Below the pieces are notes generated by a model. The model was not told the origin of the DNA. It did not search any database and saw only the letters and a program-made list of their open reading frames with translations. 64,000 nt of DNA from Polaromonas sp. GTDB lineage: Bacteria > Pseudomonadota > Gammaproteobacteria > Burkholderiales > Burkholderiaceae_C. Both the position numbers and the translations under genes were made by a program. Shown here piece by piece: positions 58,255 through 64,000 of this stretch. The stretch is from positions 805 through 64,804 of the forward strand of contig NZ_JBDNGU010000148.1 in NCBI RefSeq assembly GCF_041689105.1, read 5' to 3'. Positions within the stretch are counted from its first letter, which is position 1. Each line of letters starts with the position of its first letter.

Positions 58255-58665
58255 TTAATGTGTTGCCGTTGCTCCGGCAACTGTCGCGTGCTTTTGTTTG
58301 TAGTCACTGACAGCCGCCTTGATGGCGTCTTCGGCCAGGATGGAGCAGTGAATCTTCACGGGCGGCAGAGCCAGTTCTTCGGCAATCGCGCTGTTCTTGA
58401 TGCTTGCTGCTTCGTCCAGGGTTTTGCCCTTGACCCATTCGGTCACCAGCGAGCTCGACGCAATGGCAGAGCCGCAACCATAGGTCTTGAAGCGTGCGTC
58501 TTCAATCACGCCCGTCAGCGGGTTGACCTTGATCTGCAGCTTCATCACGTCGCCACAGGCCGGAGCGCCGACCATGCCGGTACCCACCGTGTCGTCGCCT
58601 TTTTCAAACGAGCCCACATTGCGGGGGTTTTCGTAGTGGTCCACCACTTTTTCAGAATAAGCCAT
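58255..58665 (-). CDS. iscU: Fe-S cluster scaffold IscU
   Basis: MAYSEKVVDHYENPRNVGS, GAPACGDVM, LPPVKIHCS. Confidence 0.95.
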   Translation of the reverse strand: MAYSEKVVDHYENPRNVGSFEKGDDTVGTGMVGAPACGDVMKLQIKVNPLTGVIEDARFKTYGCGSAIASSSLVTEWVKGKTLDEAASIKNSAIAEELALPPVKIHCSILAEDAIKAAVSDYKQKHATVAGATATH

Positions 58666-58689
58666 GATCAATTCCTTTTCGTCAATTCA

Positions 58690-58790
58690 CTTCTTTTCCA
58701 GTGACAGCGTGGAACCGGCTTTGCCGGGCCACAGGTGTCGCCCCCTTGAGGAGGAGGCAGCGCAAGCTGCCTCGGGGATGTGCCATATTT
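58690..58790. repeat. Possible R1-related spacer element (iscS-iscU gap)
   Basis: GCCGGGCCACAGGTGTCGCCCCCTTGAGG and GGCAGCGCAAGCTGCCTCGGGG resemble the R1 segment GCCAGACCACAGGCGCAACAGCCCCCGAGGGG. Confidence 0.35.
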
Positions 58791-58791
58791 A

Positions 58792-60009
58792 TCAATGAGC
58801 TGCCCACTGGATGGTGGACAGATCCACACCATCCTTGAACATTTCCCACAGTGGCGACAGGTCACGCAGCTTGGCCACGTTTTCCTTGATCGTCGCTACG
58901 GCGTAATCGATTTCTTCCTCGGTGCTCCATCGCCCTATCGTCATGCGCAAGCTGCTGTGCGCCAGTTCGTCGCTGCGGCCCAGGGCGCGCAGCACATAGC
59001 TGGGCTCCAGGCTGGCCGAAGTACAAGCTGAGCCGCTCGACACTGCCAGGCCCTTGATGCCCATGATCAGCGACTCGCCCTCGACAAAGTTGAAACTCAT
59101 GTTCAGGTTGTGCGGTACGCGCTTGTCAGCATGTCCATTGAGGAAAACCTCTTCCACATCCTTCAGGCCGGCCAGCATTCGCTCATGCAAGGCACGGATG
59201 CGCTTGTTTTCCTCGTGCATTTCAGCTTTGGCGATGCGGTACGCCTCGCCCATACCCACGATCTGGTGCGTCGGCAGGGTGCCGGACCGCATGCCGCGCT
59301 CGTGGCCCCCGCCGTGCATCTGCGCTTCCAGCCGGACGCGTGGCTTGCGCCGCACGTACAACGCGCCAATGCCTTTGGGGCCGTAGGTCTTGTGCGAGGT
59401 CAGGCTCATCAGGTCCACCGGCAAGGTTGCCAGATCGATGTCCACGCGGCCGGTGGCCTGCGCTGCATCCACATGGAAAATGATGCCCTTCTCGCGGCAC
59501 AACGCGCCTATGGCTGCAATATCCTGAACAACGCCGATTTCGTTGTTGACGAACATGACGCTGGCGAGAATCGTGTCGGGACGAATCGCGGCCTTCAGCA
59601 CGTCCAGGTCGAGCAGGCCATCGGCCTGGACGTCGAGATAACTGACTTCAAACCCTTGCCGCTCCAGTTCCCGGCAGGTGTCAAGCACCGCCTTGTGCTC
59701 GGTCTTGACGGTGATGAGGTGTTTGCCCTTGCTCTTGTAGAAATGAGCCGCACCCTTGATGGCGAGGTTGTTGGACTCGGTCGCTCCGCTGGTCCAGACG
59801 ATCTCGCGCGGGTCGGCGCCAATCAGTGCCGCAACCTGCTCACGCGCCTTTTCAACGGCGGCCTCGGCCTCCCAACCCCAGGCGTGGCTGCGTGAGGCGG
59901 GATTGCCGAAATGCTCGCGCAACCAGGGGATCATCGCGTCCACCACCCGCGGGTCGCACGGGTTGGTGGCGCTGTAGTCCATGTAAATGGGGAAGTGAGG
60001 GGTTTCCAT
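58792..60009 (-). CDS. iscS: Cysteine desulfurase IscS
   Basis: The start is at Met8 ([17 protein letters not shown]). PLP-Lys region SHKTYGPKG and active-site loop SSGSACTS. Confidence 0.95.
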   Translation of the reverse strand: METPHFPIYMDYSATNPCDPRVVDAMIPWLREHFGNPASRSHAWGWEAEAAVEKAREQVAALIGADPREIVWTSGATESNNLAIKGAAHFYKSKGKHLITVKTEHKAVLDTCRELERQGFEVSYLDVQADGLLDLDVLKAAIRPDTILASVMFVNNEIGVVQDIAAIGALCREKGIIFHVDAAQATGRVDIDLATLPVDLMSLTSHKTYGPKGIGALYVRRKPRVRLEAQMHGGGHERGMRSGTLPTHQIVGMGEAYRIAKAEMHEENKRIRALHERMLAGLKDVEEVFLNGHADKRVPHNLNMSFNFVEGESLIMGIKGLAVSSGSACTSASLEPSYVLRALGRSDELAHSSLRMTIGRWSTEEEIDYAVATIKENVAKLRDLSPLWEMFKDGVDLSTIQWAAH

Positions 60010-60017
60010 GTGGCTAG

Positions 60018-60080
60018 CTTTTTGTTTCACGGCTGGCTTGCAGCATCAAAAATGGACGGCAGTCCACAGCCGGATTCACC
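60018..60080 (+). repeat. Possible R2 copy O (iscR-iscS spacer)
   Basis: CTTTTTGTTTCACGGCTGGCTTGCAGC...CACAGCCGGATTCAC resembles the CTATTGTTTCGATAGCTGCTTGCGCC core and the AGCCCGATTTTGC tail of the clear copies. Confidence 0.35.
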
Positions 60081-60097
60081 GGCGCGGACCGGCCTGA

Positions 60098-60634
60098 TCA
60101 GGACTTTGAGAACGCGTTGCCCAGGGCAAACACCGAATTGGGTGCATTGACACGCATCGGCTTGGCCATCGGCGCGGTAAAGATGGCTTTTTTCACCATT
60201 GGCGTGTTTTCAACCACCACGCCCTTGGCCAGCTGGTCGTCGACCAGTTTTTGCAGGGTGACAGAGTCCAGAAACTCGACCATGCGGCTGTTCAGCGAAG
60301 CCCACAGATCATGCGTCATGCAGCGGCCGCCGTCACCGAGGCAGTTTTCCTTGCCGCCACACTGGGTGGAGTCAATCGGCTCGTCCACCGAGACGATGAT
60401 GTCGGCAACCGTGATTTCGGCTGCCTTGCGGCCCAGCGTGTAGCCGCCGCCGGGGCCACGGGTGGACTCCACCAGCTCGTGCCGGCGCAGCTTGCCGAAC
60501 AACTGCTCCAGGTAAGACAACGAAATCTGCTGACGCTGGCTGATCGCAGCCAGGGTAACGGGGCCGTTGTTCTGGCGCAGGGCCAAGTCAATCATTGCAG
60601 TGACCGCAAAGCGGCCTTTGGTCGTGAGGCGCAT
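60098..60634 (-). CDS. iscR: Fe-S cluster regulator IscR (Rrf2 family)
   Basis: MRLTTKGRFAVTAMIDLAL wHTH, with a Cys cluster in TQCGGKENCLGDGGRCMTHDLW. Confidence 0.93.
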   Translation of the reverse strand: MRLTTKGRFAVTAMIDLALRQNNGPVTLAAISQRQQISLSYLEQLFGKLRRHELVESTRGPGGGYTLGRKAAEITVADIIVSVDEPIDSTQCGGKENCLGDGGRCMTHDLWASLNSRMVEFLDSVTLQKLVDDQLAKGVVVENTPMVKKAIFTAPMAKPMRVNAPNSVFALGNAFSKS

Positions 60635-60765
60635 TTTCAAGCTCCTTTAAAGTTGGCTTGACTGTCGTTTGGCTCACCTTGCACGGCTTGTGGCCCGCAA
60701 GGAACTCTTCTCCACCCACCCCGGCCAATCGGCCTGTTTCGGCTCGGGGTTATGTTGTTTTGTTT

Positions 60766-60790
60766 GTTGTTGACTGTTTTCGTCAAGTAT
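60766..60790 (-). promoter_or_regulatory. Candidate IscR type-1 operator upstream of iscR
   Basis: The minus strand ATACTTGACGAAAACAGTCAACAAC matches 22/25 positions of the E. coli type-1 consensus ATASYYGACTRWWWYAGTCRRSTAT, recalled from memory. It lies about 130 nt upstream of the iscR ATG. Confidence 0.5.
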
Positions 60791-60934
60791 ACCACTTCTT
60801 GCGGATAGACCGGCCCCTTCCGGCTGTCCGCGCCCCCTAAAACCCAACCGCCAGGTTCTCCAACCCGTGCCGATTGAACTTTGGAGTCATTTTTCTACTC
60901 GGCGTTCCATTTTTAGTCGAATTAGAACTTGTCC

Positions 60935-63043
60935 TCATGCAGCTGTGCCTGGAGGCGCGATGTTGTCGGTACCCGGAGCCCCAAAAGCCTGCGCTTTCAG
61001 AATGTGCAGCTGATCGCGGACTTTGGCGGCCTTTTCAAATTCCAGGTTCTTGGCATGTTCGATCATCAGTTTTTCCAGGCGCTTGATCTCACGGGCAATG
61101 TCTTTCTCGCTCATGTCTTCGACCAGGGCCTTCTGAAGCTCAAGTTTTTCGGCCTCCTTGCCTGATTTTTCACTGTACACGCCGTCGATCAGGTCCTTGA
61201 TGCGCTTGACGATGCTGCGCGGCGTGATGCCGTGCTCGATATTGAAGGCAATCTGCTTGTTGCGCCGGCGTTCGGTTTCGTCCATCGCCCTTTTCATCGA
61301 ATCGGTGATGCGGTCGGCATACAAAATGGCGCAGCCATTGAGGTTGCGGGCTGCCCGGCCTATGGTCTGGATCAGGCTGCGTTCGGAGCGCAAAAAGCCT
61401 TCCTTGTCGGCATCGAGAATCGCCACCAGGCTGACCTCCGGAATGTCCAGGCCTTCGCGCAGCAAATTGATGCCGACCAGCACGTCAAACGCGCCAAGCC
61501 GCAGATCGCGCAGGATTTCTACCCGCTCGACGGTGTCCACATCGCTGTGCAGGTAACGCACCTTGACCCCGTTGTCGGTCAGGTAATCGGTGAGCTGCTC
61601 GGCCATGCGTTTGGTCAGCGTGGTGATCAACACCCGCTCATTCTTGTCCACGCGGATGCGGATTTCCTGCAGCACATCATCGACCTGGTGAGTGGCCGGT
61701 CGCACTTCAACCTCGGGATCGACCAGCCCGGTGGGGCGTACCACCTGCTCGACCACCTTGCCGGCATGCTGCTGCTCGTAGGCAGCAGGCGTTGCCGAGA
61801 CAAACACGGCCTGGCGCATCTTGGCTTCGAACTCTTCGAACTTCAGCGGCCGGTTGTCCAGTGCGCTGGGCAGGCGAAAACCGTATTCGACCAAGGTGGT
61901 CTTGCGCGAGCGGTCGCCGTTGTACATGGCGTTGAGCTGGCCGATCATGACGTGGCTCTCGTCGAGAAACATGATCGCGTCTTTCGGCAGGTAGTCGCAC
62001 AGCGTTGATGGTGCCGAGCCCGGCGGCGCGCCGCTGAGGTGGCGCGTGTAGTTTTCAATGCCCTTGCAATGGCCGATTTCGCTGAGCATCTCCAGGTCGA
62101 AACGCGTGCGCTGCTCGATGCGCTGGGCTTCGACCAGCTTGCCGTCGCCGACAAACTGCTTGACGCGCTCGGACAGCTCGATCTTGATGGTTTCCACCGC
62201 CGCCATGACCTTGTCGCGCGGCGTGACGTAGTGGCTTTTCGGGTAGACCACAAACCGTGGCACCTTCTGGCGAATCCGGCCGGTCAGCGGGTCGAACAGC
62301 TGCAATGACTCAATCTCGTCGTCGAGCAGCTCGATGCGAATCGCCAGCTCGGAGTGTTCGGCCGGGAACACGTCGATCACGTCGCCGCGCACGCGGAAGG
62401 TGCCGCGCGCAAAGTCCTGGTCGTTGCGCGCGTACTGCATGCGGATCAGGCGCGAGATCACGTCGCGCTGATTCATCTTGTCGCCGGAGCGCGCGATGAA
62501 ACGCATCTGTGTGTAGTCTTCCGGCGCGCCAATGCCATAGATCGCGCTGACAGTTGCCACGATGATGGTGTCGCGCCGCTCCAGCACGCTTTTGGTGGCG
62601 GACAAGCGCATCTGCTCGATGTGCTCGTTGATGGCGGAGTCTTTTTCGATGAACAGATCGCGCTGCGGCACATAGGCTTCAGGCTGGTAATAGTCGTAAT
62701 AACTGACGAAATACTCCACCGCGTTTTTCGGGAAAAATTCTCGGAACTCGCTGTAAAGCTGCGCCGCCAGCGTCTTGTTGGGTGCAAACACAATCGCCGG
62801 CCGACCCATCCGGGCGATCACGTTGGCCATGGTGAAGGTCTTGCCCGAGCCGGTCACGCCGAGCAGGGTCTGAAACACCTCGCCATCGTTGATGCCTTCG
62901 ACCAGTTGCTCGATGGCCACCGGCTGGTCACCGGCCGGCGGGTAAGGCATGAAAAGCTCAAAAGGCGAGTCCGGAAAGCTGACAAACTCGCCGAGGCTGG
63001 ACAGTTCAGTGGTATCGGGTATGACTTCAATCAGTTCTGGCAT
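60935..63043 (-). CDS. uvrB: Excinuclease ABC subunit B
   Basis: 702 aa. Walker [16 protein letters not shown], helicase motifs, and a C-terminal UVR domain ([12 protein letters not shown]). Confidence 0.95.
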   Translation of the reverse strand: MPELIEVIPDTTELSSLGEFVSFPDSPFELFMPYPPAGDQPVAIEQLVEGINDGEVFQTLLGVTGSGKTFTMANVIARMGRPAIVFAPNKTLAAQLYSEFREFFPKNAVEYFVSYYDYYQPEAYVPQRDLFIEKDSAINEHIEQMRLSATKSVLERRDTIIVATVSAIYGIGAPEDYTQMRFIARSGDKMNQRDVISRLIRMQYARNDQDFARGTFRVRGDVIDVFPAEHSELAIRIELLDDEIESLQLFDPLTGRIRQKVPRFVVYPKSHYVTPRDKVMAAVETIKIELSERVKQFVGDGKLVEAQRIEQRTRFDLEMLSEIGHCKGIENYTRHLSGAPPGSAPSTLCDYLPKDAIMFLDESHVMIGQLNAMYNGDRSRKTTLVEYGFRLPSALDNRPLKFEEFEAKMRQAVFVSATPAAYEQQHAGKVVEQVVRPTGLVDPEVEVRPATHQVDDVLQEIRIRVDKNERVLITTLTKRMAEQLTDYLTDNGVKVRYLHSDVDTVERVEILRDLRLGAFDVLVGINLLREGLDIPEVSLVAILDADKEGFLRSERSLIQTIGRAARNLNGCAILYADRITDSMKRAMDETERRRNKQIAFNIEHGITPRSIVKRIKDLIDGVYSEKSGKEAEKLELQKALVEDMSEKDIAREIKRLEKLMIEHAKNLEFEKAAKVRDQLHILKAQAFGAPGTDNIAPPGTAA

Positions 63044-63215
63044 AAAAAACTCAATCCTGGCCCGCTAAAATCTGGGGCAACCAAACAGAATACGACATTT
63101 GGGCGACTGGCAGAAACTCGCACCGCCATGCCCGGAATGTCTGCGTAACAGCCGGTAAACCAATCGGGGTACCGGGCCGTTAAAAAAACACAAACCACCC
63201 TTGCAGAGGATTTTC

Positions 63216-64000
63216 ATGTCGCTTTTCACCGCCGTCGAAATGGCCCCCCGTGACCCTATATTGGGCCTGAATGAGCAATTCAATGCCGATACCAACCCGG
63301 CCAAGGTCAACCTCGGTGTGGGTGTGTATTACGACGACCAAGGCAAACTGCCGCTGCTGCAATGCGTGCAGATCGCCGAAAAAGCCATGATGGAAACGCC
63401 CAAGCCGCGCGGTTATTTGCCCATGGACGGCGTTGCCGCCTATGACGCGGCTGTCAAGGTGCTGGTGTTTGGTCTAGAGAGCGAGCCGGTCAAAAGTGGC
63501 CGCATCGCCACCGCACAAGGCATAGGCGGCACCGGTGGCCTGAAGATTGGCGCCGACTTCCTGAAAAAACTCAGCCCCAGCGCCAAGGTGCTGATCAGCG
63601 ACCCGAGCTGGGAAAACCACCGCGCCCTGTTCACCCAGGCCGGCTTCACGGTGGAAAGCTACCCCTACTACGACGCGGCCAAACGCGGCGTCAACTTCGA
63701 AGGCATGCTGGCCGCGCTGAACACCGCCGCTGAAGGCACCATCATTGTGTTGCATGCCTGCTGCCACAACCCCACCGGCTACGACATCACCAACGGCCAG
63801 TGGGACCAGGTCATCGCCACCGTCAAGGCCCGCAAGCTCACGGCTTTCCTGGACATGGCTTACCAGGGCTTTGGCCACGGGATTGTTGAGGACGGCGCGG
63901 TCATCGGCAAGTTTGTAGCTGCCGGCCTGAACTTCTTCGTGTCGACCTCGTTCTCCAAAAGTTTCAGCCTCTATGGCGAACGTGTCGGTGCCCTGTCGGT
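63216..64000 (+). CDS. Aromatic/aspartate aminotransferase (class I), 5' part; continues beyond the right edge
   Basis: Own translation from ATG 63216: MSLFTAVEMAPRDPILGLNEQFNADTNPAKVNLGVGVYYDD... The PLP-lysine motif SFSKSFSLYGERVG is present. The ORF is absent from the track because it is open at the edge. Confidence 0.88.
   Translation, partial: MSLFTAVEMAPRDPILGLNEQFNADTNPAKVNLGVGVYYDDQGKLPLLQCVQIAEKAMMETPKPRGYLPMDGVAAYDAAVKVLVFGLESEPVKSGRIATAQGIGGTGGLKIGADFLKKLSPSAKVLISDPSWENHRALFTQAGFTVESYPYYDAAKRGVNFEGMLAALNTAAEGTIIVLHACCHNPTGYDITNGQWDQVIATVKARKLTAFLDMAYQGFGHGIVEDGAVIGKFVAAGLNFFVSTSFSKSFSLYGERVGALS

Noticed and set aside
63044-63215. LexA (SOS) box upstream of uvrB
   Set aside because: I searched by eye for CTGT-N8-ACAG. 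The only near-match is CTGCGTAACAG, which has the wrong spacing. No call is made.

Overview
This is a high-GC (about 65% by hand counts) chromosomal segment. Gene content and order suggest a betaproteobacterium of the Burkholderiales/Comamonadaceae type, which is an inference. About 45 of the roughly 56 genes lie on the minus strand.

Positions 1-7283 form a lower-GC accessory island. It holds a type I restriction-modification operon in the unusual order hsdR-hsdS-[PrrC-like anticodon-nuclease candidate]-[46-codon ORF]-[DUF1016 nuclease]-hsdM, and all the genes are tightly coupled.

The rest is core housekeeping:
- Pyruvate dehydrogenase operon aceE-aceF-(proteasome-like Ntn hydrolase)-lpdA, next to a divergent PAS histidine kinase and FixJ/LuxR regulator.
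- folD, greA, carAB.
- The long envelope/translation cluster rpsB-tsf-pyrH-frr-uppS-cdsA-dxr-rseP-bamA-skp-lpxD-fabZ-lpxA-lpxB-rnhB-trmH.
- dadA, nnr, yggT, rnr, rimO, phaR, relA, an alpha/beta hydrolase, bdhA, dnaQ.
- The isc operon (iscRSUA-hscBA-fdx), uvrB and a partial aromatic/aspartate aminotransferase.
- Three tRNAs: Leu-CAG, Val-GAC and Val-CAC.

I saw no CRISPR array and no transposase, integrase or prophage genes.

The observations most worth follow-up:
1. The R-M/PrrC-like/DUF1016 module.
2. A strand-polarised dispersed motif (R2) with at least 7 clear copies, all in one orientation. Four of them overlay conserved coding sequence.
3. A roughly 180-nt multi-hairpin repeat family (R1) in intercistronic gaps of essential operons.
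4. A palindromic REP-like element translated in frame inside lpdA.

All protein assignments rest on motif recognition by eye from the ORF track. No database search was possible.
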